Origin: Octopus bimaculoides
Lineage: Eukaryota
DNA length: 64,000 bases
Reading direction: 5' to 3'
NCBI RefSeq assembly: GCF_001194135.2
Contig: NC_068982.1
Location: forward strand, 178,719,002 to 178,783,001
Positions 12,100-25,248 of the stretch are shown here, piece by piece. A model generated the notes under the pieces. That model was given only the letters and a program-made list of their open reading frames with translations. It searched no databases and was not told the DNA's origin. A program made the position numbers and the translations under genes. Every line of letters starts with the position of its first letter. The first letter of the stretch is position 1.

Positions 12100-15000
12100 G
12101 ACATTTGATGGTAATGTAAATAAATTGTTAATTCTTACATTAAATTATTTTTGTTCTTGCGCTGATAAATTCACTGGGTAGATGTTTGCTTGTGGTAGGT
12201 TGGTTAGTTTCGTTGGGTAATTAGGGCAGGGTGAGTATTATTTAGTTTGCGGGATTTCAAGTTTAATTAAGCACATTTTTTTTCGCCCGTGTGTATTCCA
12301 TTTTAGAGCTAGTTACACCGGCGGTGCAGGTGAAGGGGAGTAACTCTAACTGGGTAAAAAGCGAGCTAAGTCATGGGTGGTTTGAAAATGTGCTATTGCT
12401 AATAATTGTCTTATTGCTAGAGTTTAGGAGATTCTTCGTGCTAGACAGGGTCCTGTGTATATGCAAAGTGTATTATTATGGAATGTTTGGGGCGAGGTGG
12501 TTTGCGGGTTGACTATTCGTGTGTTTGATGTGTTACCCAGTTAATTAGACTTATATAGATGAGTATTCTAGATTGGGATTATGAAGCCATAGAGGCTTGC
12601 CTGAAGACATGAGAGGCTATTCTATCGGTATTTCGAAAATACATACAGGCTCACGTGAAGACAAAAGAAAAATAGAGTATATATATATTCTCAAATTTCC
12701 TGTTGAGAAGTGGTTGCTTAACCATAACTAGGCGTTCTGATAGGCAGAGATCGCAGCGTCTATTTGCGGTGTTGTAGATGGGGCTGTTTTTGTGAGTATA
12801 CGCCAGTTTAAGCTAAAGTCTATTTTTTGCCCTTAAGTTCCCAGATGTATGCACTTAACCCTGTTGAGTTAGCCTTATTTCTATTTCTGAAGCTGGATAG
12901 ATGCGTGTTATATCTGAGAGTCATTTGGTTCTTGGTTGCACCTATGTATGATTTCGTCTGGTTGTTTGTGCGGACGTCACATTAGTAAACTACGTTATTA
13001 GTTTTACATCTATTTGAGAAATGGCACGTTGTTCTATCCCTACAGCCGCATAAATAATTAGGTGTATCTACGTCCGTGTTGTATTAGGCGGGAGGGCAAT
13101 TATTGTTCAGGTCTGTACCTAAGTTAGCAGGAGGTGTTGCGTTAGTGGGAGGTTTAGTCCTATTAGTTGGTTGGTTATTATTTTTATTGGTCAGTATCTT
13201 TCTAGTTTCGTAGAATTTGTCAAGTCTTTTATCATTCATTGAGGCTGTTATTGTGGCTCAGTTATTAGTCAGACTGTGACCTATTCTGATTTTATTTCTA
13301 AATAAGTCTGTGTATTTATTAACGTTTAGGTGTTTGTCTATGATTTTCATTAATGAGCGAGCTATATTTGATTTGAGGTGCATGGTGTAGGGGATTACGA
13401 GCCAGATATTATCACTATTTTGTTTATTTTTAGTGTTGTTTTTCCTCGTATGGAAGCTTCCTTCTTTACCTGGGATTCGTGCGAAGTTATGGGTGTATGT
13501 ATCTTGGTTATCTCTATAGTTCTGTTTCACATTCGAGTTTCTTATGTCTGTCCTATTGGTGTTGTTATCAGAGGGTTCATGTGGGTTCAGAGGCCTGTGT
13601 TTTGATATTAATAGGGTTCATATTAGTTGGTTGGGTGACATTAGTTTTATTGGTGCCGCTGAATAGCTTTATACTATTATTTTTGTAGGTGCTGTTATTT
13701 TGGGTCTTATTTGCGTCCTTTGTGTTATTAGTTTTGTTAATATTGTTAATCTTATTTAATATCAGTTTGTCGGTATTAGCGTTGCCGATAGTTTTGTTGT
13801 TGTTAGGTGGTTTGTATATAGGCCTTGGCATTGTTCATATTAGTGTTGTTACTATTGGGGTTACCCGTAATTATTCTATTGTTGGTGTAGTTTGTGGTGG
13901 TGCATGGTGTGTGGTTGGTAGTAGTGGTATTAGTGAGTGGGTTCCTGTTATTTGGGCTGTTAATAGTGTGATTAGGGTTTAGGTATTTGATTTTTTGTTT
14001 ATATCCTGCTTTCCGTAGTGTGGAATTATAAGCTTCTTTATGTCTATTAAAGATGTCTATGCTGGAAGAGAGGCGTGAAATTCTATTGCTAATGCTACGT
14101 ACTAGGCTTCTCTTAATAAATTCGGGGTGGTTACTTGAGCTTTTATGTATTAGAGGTTCGTGTTGGGCTTCATGTAGGGTTCGTAGAGTCCTGTAGCTAG
14201 GTTGCAGGTTGTGTCTAAGTAGATGATAGAGGTGTGTTCCTTTCCAATAGAGAAAGATAGTCCTAATCGTTTGAAGAATTTATGTAGTTTTTTCTTGATA
14301 AGCTTTAGTTTCCTACTTGAAGGTTTCTTAATTATGAAGAGAGCGTCATCCCTTTATAATCCGCCTTTGAGTTCCGGAAATTCGACCTTCATGTTTGATA
14401 GCAAATAGATGCCTACCAGGTCAGTTACTTGTGCTGAATCAGGAGCTCTCATTGTGATATCAAAGGAGTTAAGATGTCTTTGCATACTCAAAGTTTGTTA
14501 TCAAAGCTAATAAGTGATTTCCTCGCTTCTAATATTACATTCATTTCCTTCATGTTCAATTGTGTGTTATCTTTGGCATGTGTTAGGGCACTATTGAGGA
14601 CCGTAGGGTTAACTGAGGAGTAGTAGTCTACTATGTCTATCTGTTCTATCTGTATGAATTTGTAGTTACTCTTGTTCTGTATGTTGGAGAACCAATTAAT
14701 GGCTTCAGATGTGTTGGACCATAATTCCAGGGTTATTTTACTTCTTAGCTTAGGGATGTAGTTGTCGAGTATTAGTTTGCTTAATTTACATATATCTGAT
14801 TTATTTAGGCATATTAATCTAACTTTAGTATCGGTTAGGAAGTTAGGTTTATGATCTTTTATAGCGATGCGAAGTCTGGATGGCATGAAGGGTTCAGTTT
14901 TGTCGCTAAGTTGTAGTCATTCATAATTTCCTTGGCTGCTAAGTTCATAGATCTTAAGGTGCTATCTGGTACTAATTTATATCTTTTAGTTATTTCCTTA

Positions 15001-15150
15001 TGTAGCAGTTGGTGGTATGAGGTTACTTCCAACGTGTAAGAATTCCTAGTTTTGTCTGAGTGAACAATAATTCCGTTCTGTAATTTTATCTTATATAGCA
15101 GGACTTTTAGGTTCTCTTGGTAGGTGTTATTCCTTAGTAGGTGTCGCTTG
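12100..15150 (-). mobile_element. Near-complete but inactivated Penelope-like element (RT plus C-terminal GIY-YIG)
   Basis: IIVHSDKTRNSY...RIAIKDHKPNF...DIVDYYSSV...FDITMRAPDSAQVTDLVGIYLL...GGL*RDDAL (YRDD changed to a stop)...IWLVIPYT...CGCRDRTTC...NVVY*C...SYIGAT...AYIWELK...RRCDLCLSER. Coding part about 12690-15140; 3' boundary uncertain. Confidence 0.92.
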
Positions 15151-15156
15151 AATTTT

Positions 15157-15232
15157 AGCGGTCTGGAAATCGAAACCGCGATCCCACGACCGCGAGTCCG
15201 CTGCCCTCACCACTGGGCCATACGCCTCCACT
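15157..15232 (-). mobile_element. 5' head of a tRNA-derived SINE at the PLE 5' boundary
   Basis: Reverse complement ggaggcgtatggcccagtggtgagggcagcggactcgcggtcgtgggatcgcggtttcgatttcc matches the head of the full copy at 29637-30017. Confidence 0.8.
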
Positions 15233-15340
15233 TATATATATATACATAACACTCACACACGTACACACACACAATATATATGTATACACACACACACATA
15301 TATATACATATATACATACATGTATATATATATCTATATC

Positions 15341-15442
<102 letters not shown>

Positions 15443-15530
15443 AATTTAGATTCAGATGAATATGGTACTTAAGTTGAGGCACCAGAATTTAGTATGGTGT
15501 TATCCATACAATTTCAAAGTAAGGTGATTA

Positions 15531-16507
15531 AAATCAAAATAAGCAACAAGGATATACAGAGGTAATGCAGTACGATCGTTTCATGTAACTTCATTTTATG
15601 GAAAAATATAAGTAGTACTTATAAAAAACTGCTTAGATTATAATTTTATTAATATATAATTAGCATGTTCCTTTACCTCAATACTCCTTTATTAATACCT
15701 GTATATACCAATTAATCAATATTCACAGATACTATCTAATGAGTTAGTATTTAAGTGTACAATATTTCTAAATATTAAAAGAATTTCTGGATAATTTCTT
15801 TTCCTCCCTCTATTGTGGTAAAAGTTTGATATATACACAAAAGCATTCATAACTTTCTATCCTTTTGTTATAATATTCATCTTAATAATACTGTGAATAT
15901 CCCTAAACTTTAACTGTATACAATATAGCAACATTGTTTAAAATATTTAACTATAGTACTACATGATAATTTTTCTCCTGCTTCATTATCAATGGTCTGC
16001 TAGTGTGCGACCCCCTTAATTGTCAGCTAACATCTTGTTTAAAGTTTTCCATTACAAACCTCATGATATTACTTCTAATAAATCTTGATTTTTATGACTA
16101 TACCAACTATGATTTCTGTCTTCTCCCTCAGCCCTACCGCTAACAGATACTGCCCGTTATTTTCTCAGCATTAGATATACAAGGATTTGATAAACTTGTC
16201 TATAAATTAAAACTGACTCCATAAAAACAAAGAAATCAGTGACAGGTAAAATCTTGATAACTTAGTAACTTCTATGCTGAAGTAGTGACATTTTCTATGT
16301 GTATCTCCTTAACTTCTTGGAGCTTTTAGGTATAATTGTACCAATGTTTCCACCTGTTCTAATTTAATTAAGTTCTATGTCTTTGTACAGCTGAGAATTG
16401 CTCTGCGTTTTAAATTGATGTAATGATTGCATTGTTCAATTAAATGGAGTTACATGAAACGATCGTACTACATTACCTCTGGATATCCTTGTGCCTCATT
16501 TTGATTT
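15531..16507. repeat. Inverted repeat, arms 15531-15596 and 16442-16507, about 850-bp spacer; arms carry the 3' half of a hammerhead
   Basis: Left arm caaggatatacagaggtaatgcagtacgatcgtttcatgtaacttcattt pairs with right arm aaatggagttacatgaaacgatcgtactacattacctctggatatccttg. Both contain GAAA-CGATCG-TA. Confidence 0.85.
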
Positions 16508-16727
16508 CTATATATATATACGTATAGATATATACATACATATATAGATGGATATATTATTATTATTAAAATCTTTTGGAAAGAGGTACAGAGGGTAAGG
16601 GAGGTGGGTGGTGGAGGGGAAGAAAGTGTGAAGGATGTACAAAGGAGATGGCCAGAATATTTTAGTGAGCTGTTAACCATAGGTAGTATATATTCATTCT
16701 TTACTTCAGCTTTATTATTACTATTAC

Positions 16728-16782
<55 letters not shown>

Positions 16783-16789
16783 TTAGTGT

Positions 16790-17510
16790 CCTTTGTAGGA
16801 ATCTCCGGCTTTTTGAGAGGATATTGAAGAACTGCGAGCTCTTGAAGCCGAAGCTGTTGTATTATCTGTTCCTGTATCTTGATGACGATGTTGGAAATTT
16901 TGCCGCTATGCAGTGACGCGCAATTCTGCTTTTTATGTAGCTTTCAGTGCCAAAGTTTGATACAAGTCCTACCAGGATTTTTCAGACGTATACGACTGCA
17001 TATCTTTCTCGTCTTCTTTCTAGGGTGTAAAAGTTTAAGTTATTTAACCTTTTTCAGTAGCTGACATGTCGCATTGGACAGCTTGGAGTTCCGCGGGTAA
17101 TTTAACATAGCATGATGATCATAGGCAAGAGGAGCAGTCTAAACGCCTGAAGACACATGTCCTTAGAAGCCACAGCGATCTATCTGGGCAGTCGTTTGCA
17201 TGCCAACTTAGTAATATGCTTCTGGAAAGATGCATCATTATTCATGTCGATGCCTTGCTTACGCTCTGATTTTGATTCAAGGATTATAATCCCTCCTGGG
17301 CCAGTGTATCCTGTCTGTGTTTCACTCAGCTTCTTGTGTTTCTAGCGCAGGCCTTGGAATTTTTCAGCATTAAAATGTATGTCATTGTCCTCATCCAACT
17401 TTTGTATTTCGTCCAACTCTTGCTGCAGCTTAGCAACATCTCCACGGTTCAGTATCGTCTGAGAGGCTTTTGTATCGACTGCTGAGTGCGTATCTGAGAG
17501 AGCCACTATG
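16790..17510 (-). mobile_element. CR1-type LINE ORF2 fragment (RT C-terminal part)
   Basis: AVDTKASQTILNRGDVAKLQQELDEIQKLDEDNDIHFNAEKFQGLR resembles FADDTK...LQxDL...NNMxFNxxKFQ. Downstream sequence resembles the corresponding part of the copy at 59050-60550. Confidence 0.8.
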
Positions 17511-18041
17511 AATATAGCATTTATATGTATATAAACGCACACACATTGACTCAGAAAAAACAAATTAAAAAAATTGTTTATGCATACTGAAATAAATATA
17601 ACTCGTTTTTTTTTTCTAACAGTCACAGATTTAAAATGAAAATCGTGACTTATTATTAACGAATGATAAAAAGTGAGAATCGTAAGAAAGGTATTCCTAG
17701 TGGTATACAGATCGACAAAAAGAAAAAAAGAAAAAAATCAATCTAGATTTATACGAACGCAACTGCAATGCAGGTAAATTTTTAACGACTTTTCTCTCTG
17801 TAGCAGACAAATTACTTAAATCTAAGAAATATATTGCAAATATGTTTTTAAATTGAACATAGAGAAATGGACTGTAATATCGATAACTGAAGTACATAGT
17901 ACATAAATATAATGAAAATATGAATTTGCTTAAAGCATATTAACAGAGGGATAGTTAATCATGAAAATGTATTCATAGCAAGAGTTCTAGTACGAAGCTA
18001 GTGATTTCTGAGGAGTAGCGACATTTGTTGTAGTGACGTAC

Positions 18042-18109
<68 letters not shown>

Positions 18110-19536
18110 GAATGAAAGAGACAATGTTAATCAGGCGGATGGCTTTCTTTTTTCAAGGATCTCTTTTAAGCATAACATAAGTACCAGATGTGGACAAACA
18201 GAACACTCTTGCGTGCTTTGTAGTAAGTTATTAATTCAGCAAAACGAAGATATTGACTGTACGAACCAGAAAAGGCTACTGCTTGAGATAAAGTTTCAAC
18301 TATTTATGCCTGGTTGTTACAAAAGTTGTTCAGAAATTGTGAGTTGCAGCTTTCCTACAAAATTTGCATGATTTAAGTGGCTGTTGCGCAAAACTAGAGG
18401 ACATAGAGTTTATATCATTCCCTTGATATTAATAGTGATCGTATAGTTTTCGAGTGGATAGAGACTGCATTGAGATGATTATACTAAAGAGAATCTTTCG
18501 CATGACGTGGGCGTTGTATTCGTATGAATTGAGGAGCAGGTGAGAGTGGTTTCATGTGTATAGGAGTGAATATTGATAATATGACAGCATATGTGACTTT
18601 AATGTATAAACGGGTGAATATTATGGGAGAGATAATTGAAACCAGGAGCAACCATATTTGACTGTACAGGTCAGAAGGATTGCCGTTAAGGCCCACTATA
18701 AACTTGTAATGAAAGGTTGAGAGAAAGGTGGGCCATTTTAACCGAAAGATTATTAAGTTTCGAAATTAATAGATCTGAATAATCCTCAGACAACAAACAA
18801 CATGTCTGCAGGAATACGGGACAGGTATAATGAATTGTTATTGAATGGCTGTCAAGTCAATAGATGTCACAAGCCTAGAATAAATCACTATAAATGGTAA
18901 AATTCATTATATGTTAATATTGATTGGTAGGAGTAAATACTTTCCTTTAGGCTGACTAAAGTGATAATATTCAACAACATATTGAAACATACTGGCCAAC
19001 GTTTTATTAGAATACCGATAGTCATGAAAATATAAAGTTAAAGAGAAGAGGTATGGCATATCATTTAATGAATATGATGAAGACCTTGATCAAGAAGCAT
19101 TTCAATTCACTGTAAATGTCGAGGACATTGATTTATTCGTGTAAATAACTAATATATTTTACACTAACTTCCAATACCTAGTCGATGTATATGACATTAT
19201 ATAATGAAACATACACAATGATATATTGCAACACGGCATTTAGTTTTATAATCAAAAGTATAGTAGGAAATATGGCTTTATACAACTGTACATACTATGT
19301 ATAGTATATACTCCATGTAATTAGTTCTATACAAACAAATTATGAGAGGTGATATATTCAGACGATTGCATTGAAAAACATATTCTATATCAATGAGATT
19401 ATTAACGCAGATCCTTGGAATTCTCAGGCATAAAAATACGCAGCTGACAGTGTAGAATCGAAGGTCTGGGATTTCTAATTTTTTTAATTTGATATGTAAC
19501 ATTAGTATGTAAGATACTATGACATTGTTTTTGGTA

Positions 19537-19607
<71 letters not shown>

Positions 19608-19619
19608 CACACAGCGGAC

Positions 19620-19745
19620 TTCGGTTTCCATTCACAGGGTTTTGGTTACCCTGAGGCTATGGTAGAAGAAACGTTGGGTGCCACACCGTGGGATTGAACC
19701 GGGGACCATGTAATTGGAAAGCAACCTTCTCACCACACAGCCAGT
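19620..19745 (-). mobile_element. tRNA-derived SINE fragment (another family)
   Basis: gggtgccacaccgtgggattgaaccggggaccatgtaattggaaagcaaccttctcaccacacagcc is the reverse complement of a tRNA-like head with B-box ggttcaatccc. Confidence 0.65.
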
Positions 19746-20089
19746 GTTTGTGTGTATGATTATGCGAGGAGAAATAAATAGAAAAATTATAGGAAATCAA
19801 ATTGTTGTAAAATTCCCAGTGTCACGTTTAAAACTGGGTGATTTCTGTTGATTCCTTGAATTAATATTTTCTTAATCGTTCAATTCACTTAGAATTTCGT
19901 CGTAAATTTGCTTATATTCAAATTCTCTTGCGAATGACGAATTGGTTTTTATTATCATAAATAATCTGTATAATACATTGGGTAATCAAAGCGTCATTGC
20001 TTCTAAACTACTGCAAATTTAGTTAATATATTTAACGAAATATACCTGAGCTATAGGAAAATATATGGAACGTCAATATTGGTTTCCAT

Positions 20090-20530
20090 TTAGACGGTGA
20101 GCTAGCTGAATCGTTAGCATTCCGGATAAAATGCTTAGAGGTATTTCGTCCGTCATTATATTCTAAGTTCAAAATTCCTTGAGGTTGATTTTGCCTTTCA
20201 TCCTTCGGGATCGATAAAATAAGTACCAGTTGCATACTGGGGTCGATGTAATCGACTTATCATCCCTTCCCCCGAAATTACTGGCCTTGTGCAAATATTT
20301 GAAATTGCATTAAAGACGGCGAGCTGGCAGAATCGTTAGCACATCGGGCAAAATGCTTCGTGACATTTAGTCTGTCTTTACATTCTGAGTTCAAATTCCG
20401 CCAAAGTCAACTTGGCCTTTTATCATTTCGGGATCAGTAAAATATCTACTAATTGAATACTGGGGGTGGATGTAATCGACTTACTCCTCCCCCAAACTTG
20501 CTGACTTTGTGCCAAAATTTGAAACCAAGT
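20090..20530 (+). mobile_element. Two tandem copies of the dominant SINE
   Basis: gacggtgagctagctgaatcgttagc... near 20095 and gacggcgagctggcagaatcgttagc... near 20315, each with the ggggtcgatgtaatcgac-like tail. Confidence 0.85.
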
Positions 20531-22899
20531 TCTTTTCCTAGCCACTACACGAACACTTCAGCAGCTCGAAATCGCAAGACATCCAAGCATCTTTAAAAAA
20601 GAGAAGGACACAAGACATAATGTAATTTTCACAAAATCCTCAAAAATGTTTTGTTTATTACTGGAATGTCATTGGTCATAGGTCTTCATTATATCATTGC
20701 TTCTTTGCGAACCCTAGTTGATATCTGTCTCGAATTTCATTTTTTAACCATATCCAGATAATTGTTTCAGAGCTGTTGGTAAGTTGATATTCCGATTCTG
20801 GCGGTAGATTGATAATCCAAACGCCTTTACCACCATTGATTTAGCACAGCCATATACAATGTAAATTTTACTTTTTTTAGGATATTGTTTTTCTGCTATA
20901 TCTCCTACGATCAGTCATAAGTATTTTGAGCAATAGCCATCGGATTCATCAATATCTGCTAGACTAAAGTTTTCTTTATTTCTTAAATTGCTAGTTTGTA
21001 CTAACTACTTATTGGATAAGTAATCTAAGGGCTTTTCCGGAGTTAGGCCCTTTACTTTAGTGAGAACATTTCTTGTTATGTCTACGTGACTTTAGATGAA
21101 AAATGTAATTAACTAGAGTCCAATACTCTATGGATACCTAACAGACTTCAAAAAGATGGAAGGGAAAGTCACATATCACAGGACTTGAACGTAGAGTGTC
21201 GGTAGATTTTAACTAAATATCGCAAGGGCTGTTGCTATGCTAGGATTTCCGAAACGCTGAACAGTACTACGGATAATGTCACGCGTATTCTATAGCTGTT
21301 AAATGTGAAATTAAAAAAAAACTGTCACCTTCACATCTTTAAATGCTTTATTAAGTCATACAAATATCTTCACTTTTCACTCTACAGATTACACTCAGTT
21401 TCGACCCATAGATTACAGCTAAATTATATAGTTGAACAATAGCTTTTTGGTGACATCTATCAACTGAAAGGTCATGACAGAAAATATTGAATAAATATTT
21501 AACTAAAATTGAAAAAAATACCATAAAATTAAAACAAATAGTCAAAATTTAACAAGAGACACTATATACTCATACTTTTATTTTTGAAAAAAATTGATTA
21601 ATGAACTACTGACTTTTGTCCATAAATCTATTTTGGTTTTTTGATGAGTTAATTGTAAAGTATTCTGCAATAAAAAAATCAACAGTATTAAATTCACAAT
21701 GAATTGATAACAAGACACACCATCAAGATTTACAACATAACATATTTAAAATGAAAAGTTTTGCAACTTCACCATTATTAACAGACTAATGACCTTACAT
21801 TTTAGTATTTCTAAGGTGAGAAATTATTAAACAAGTTATTAGTGACCAGAATATTAGCCTTATCTCGTATGTTTATGTTTTTCTATTGTTGTTTGATCGG
21901 TAAAATCTCATTTTGACAACAATTATCGTAGATTTTGCTGGAAGCTAACGGCATTTATATTTCTACTCTCAACTATTCATAACGTTCCTCTCCAGTATTT
22001 TTCTTCGTTCTCTCGTATGGTTTCTATAAATTTCACAAACCTATGGCTTTTAACTTCATAAAACATGACAAATAAATACTCTCTAATACACTGTCAATTT
22101 AATAAATTACCAATTTTCTGTTGTTAGGGGTTAGAGGATCAAATTGAATTCAGTACTTAGCTGATACTTTATTGACCCTAGAAAGAGTGAAGGCAAAATT
22201 GGCCTCAAGAGAATTGAAACGTAGAAGACAAAGAAATGTCACTAAATACCATAAAACATTGTCACACTCTAAACTTACCGCTGATCTCAGAATGTAAAAC
22301 CAAACCTCACTGCTGGAATATTGTGCCCTCAGTTTTCATTCTTCATCTTATAACAATAAACATTTAGTATTGTTCAGACATATCTTCTCTGATAGTTATT
22401 TTTTAATTAAATTGGAATACAATCTAGAGAGTATCAATTTCCATTTGATGTTTCCTGGATGACACCCTATATATAAGCTTACAGTTGATCGGTCAGAGCA
22501 AACATGAAGGTCTGCTAACATATTAAAGACATGTTATCAATGCAAAATTAAATAAGTCTAACCCAGCACTTTGCATACATTATCTCTATTCTCTGAAACG
22601 AAACAATTAATAAAGTGAGCAATAAAATTTAATGTAGTAAGCCAAGAAATTTTACTGATGTGATTCTTTAGTTAATCACTGTATTTCGAACGGTTTGCCT
22701 CATTCGCAATAGGCTGTTTTGTTTTTATCGGAACAATCGCATATAGTTAACCTATGAATAAATATTTACATAAAAGAACAATTTTACTTCCTACCCTTTA
22801 AGGCTTATGTATAGTTACATTGATGGAGAACAATTTACAAGATATTATTGTCAGCCACATGGCATCGCCAAATTCAAATAGTGTTCAACAATGCTGCGG

Positions 22900-23118
22900 T
22901 GATATTGGATTCAAATTTTGGCACAAGGCTAACAAATTCGGGTGAGGGGTTAGTTGATTGCATCGCCCTCAGTGCTCAACTGGTATTTATTTTATCGACT
23001 CCAAAAGGAGGAAAAGCAAAATTGACCTCGACGGAATATGGACTCCGAGCAAAGAGACAGACGAGAAGCCGCTAAGTATTTTGCGCAACGCGAAAACGAT
23101 TCTACCAGCTCGCCGCCT
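22900..23118 (-). mobile_element. Dominant SINE copy (a more decayed copy lies at about 22140-22270)
   Basis: ctggtatttattttatcgac...gacctcgacggaat...ctaccagctcgccgcct. Confidence 0.8.
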
Positions 23119-23499
23119 AATGCGAGTGTGAGGTTGATAACAAATAACTTATCTGGATCTTAAGAAGATTAAATTCATGCACGCAATATATACTTGAGTG
23201 TGTTTATAATGATAAACTGATCAACCATTAAAAGGAATTATTGATGTAGAAGTTAATTTCACGTTAAAATTTTCTGTTGGGTCAAATCTTTGAATTTCAT
23301 ATCACTTGATCCACCTCAGCTCGCGCCATGTTTAAAGTCTAGTAAGACAGACATTTAGCTTTGAATAGTTTATATGATTTTAAATATACCCATAAGGAAT
23401 TTGGAGAATACATCATAGCAATCTACTAAAATATAATACTGACTTGCATAAATGTAATGTCTCCTTGCACTTTATCAGAGTATTTTATGTATGTGATAC

Positions 23500-24540
23500 A
23501 ATGAATATAAATATACTTATCAATATTTGTGACAATATATCACATTTCAACCATCAAATCTCATGAGTTGAATCTGCAATATTTTAAGATTTAAAATGTA
23601 AGCAAAATATTTAAGCTAAAACCATAACCGAGATAGATGTCATATGAAATTGAAAATACAGAGAATTAATGCGAGATCGAGTATCAGTAATTGTGTTAAT
23701 ATCACTCGGTGAGTATTACTGTCAAGAAATATGATTAATAAAACTTTAATGAAGCATTGTGTTGAAATATTGAAATATGCTTGTCGGTTATATTGTTTCT
23801 AAGATTTTATGAATTTGTCACATTTACATGCATTTAAAATTATTCTAACACAAAAAAAAAATTATGCCTTTGCTTATGTAAACCTAAATGATATTCCTGA
23901 GATATGAATGTGAATCCAAGGTAGATATTTATGCAGTAAAATTTTGTTTTCCCAGAGTTTTCACTTACATCAAAATATAGCGGCTAAGCAGCCAAGGGAA
24001 AGACGCAATATTTAACTGTATGCTTTTTTGATGATTCTAAAGAGGCTTATAGTCTTGAAAAACTCCTTTGTATAGACCTGTTTCTCTAGTTTAGATATTT
24101 CACTTAAAGCTTCACTCTTTAGTACGAAACGTTGGATTCCACTAACGATGCTACTTTGTTTTAGCATTTAAGTATGTATGAATGAATTATAATAACTCAA
24201 ACATTGTTAGCTTTCTAAAGGCAAAAGAAAATTGAAGTTTCAAATATTTGAGCTGATTTATATCCTAAAAATTCTAATAAAGGATGACAATAAAGAGAAT
24301 TTTACCGATATCGTTCATCGTTTATATATTAAATGTTATGAGATTGCCTTTAATGTTATTAAAGCTTTAATGTTTTCTGAAAAACTGATAGATTTGTTAA
24401 TGCTGTTGCAATTAAATATTTATCTAGAACTGTGCTGTTCTATGCAACCAAAAGTTTTGAGTTACAACAAGATCGATGTTTTGCATATATATTCAAAGAT
24501 AGTATGTTATAGCAGGAGATAGTGGAAGCAATGTCTCTCT
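23500..24540 (+). mobile_element. Possible highly decayed hAT transposase C-terminal remnant
   Basis: Fragments such as FDDSKEAYSLEKLLCIDLF and LLQLNIYLELCCSMQ loosely recall hAT motifs (FDE...EESFRIDYF; LKLIKxYLRSTMxQ). Many stops; by-eye match only. Confidence 0.35.
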
Positions 24541-25197
24541 TTTCACGCCCTTTCTCTATTTCTTTGTCTTTCGTTTTAATGAATTTTATATTTTATACAC
24601 TTTTTGTATATTTTCAATAAGGGTAGAGTTGAACTTAAGGTTACTATTGATCAGATATGGATTTTTCCTACTATATACATACTATTGTTTCGAAATGTTT
24701 TTCCATTGTATATATCTTTGTTTAGGTTTATAGTTCAAATTGAAATTTAAAACATTTAAGAATATATAAGATGTTTAATGTTTTTTCATTATTCTCTTCG
24801 ATTGATTGAACATTTGAGCTATTGGAAGGAGCAAATCTTTTGATCTATCGTGTTATGAAACTTATAAAAATGTTTTCCTTGTTTTATGAAAGTTTATATG
24901 AGTTTTGTAATAGAAAAAATGTTCAGTAATAATACAATAAAGACCAAAGAGAATGATTTAGGTGAAAGATTAAAACTTTATATTGATCTTCAATTCTTAA
25001 AAGATTAAAGCTATTCACTGAAGGTTGAGTTGTTCTTCCTGGAGAATTTGTGTTTTTTATTTACTGCTGTGACCACTGGTCATCGAGGTCGACTGTACAC
25101 AATCAGCTTCCGCAAGCAGTTGTCTCGTACAAGCGTGAAGCAATATAAGAGAGAGAAAAAGAGAGAGAGGGAGAGAGTGAGAGGAAAGAGAGAGGGG

Positions 25198-25248
<51 letters not shown>

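Noticed and set aside
12596-12652. CTGAAGA...GAAA hammerhead-like motif antisense to the 12-15 kb PLE; also a minus-strand CTGAAGA with a 7-bp hairpin at about 12020-12049
   Set aside because: The first has no convincing stem II or III; the second lacks GAAA.
12690-13100. Possible selenocysteine (UGA) codons, as reported for some Naiad PLEs
   Set aside because: Cys positions in the endonuclease motifs are TGC or TGT, and the stop read in this frame (NVVY*C) is TAA at a non-Cys position.
20600-21100. Possible Tc1/mariner transposase remnant on the minus strand
   Set aside because: Motif matches are too degenerate to call by eye.
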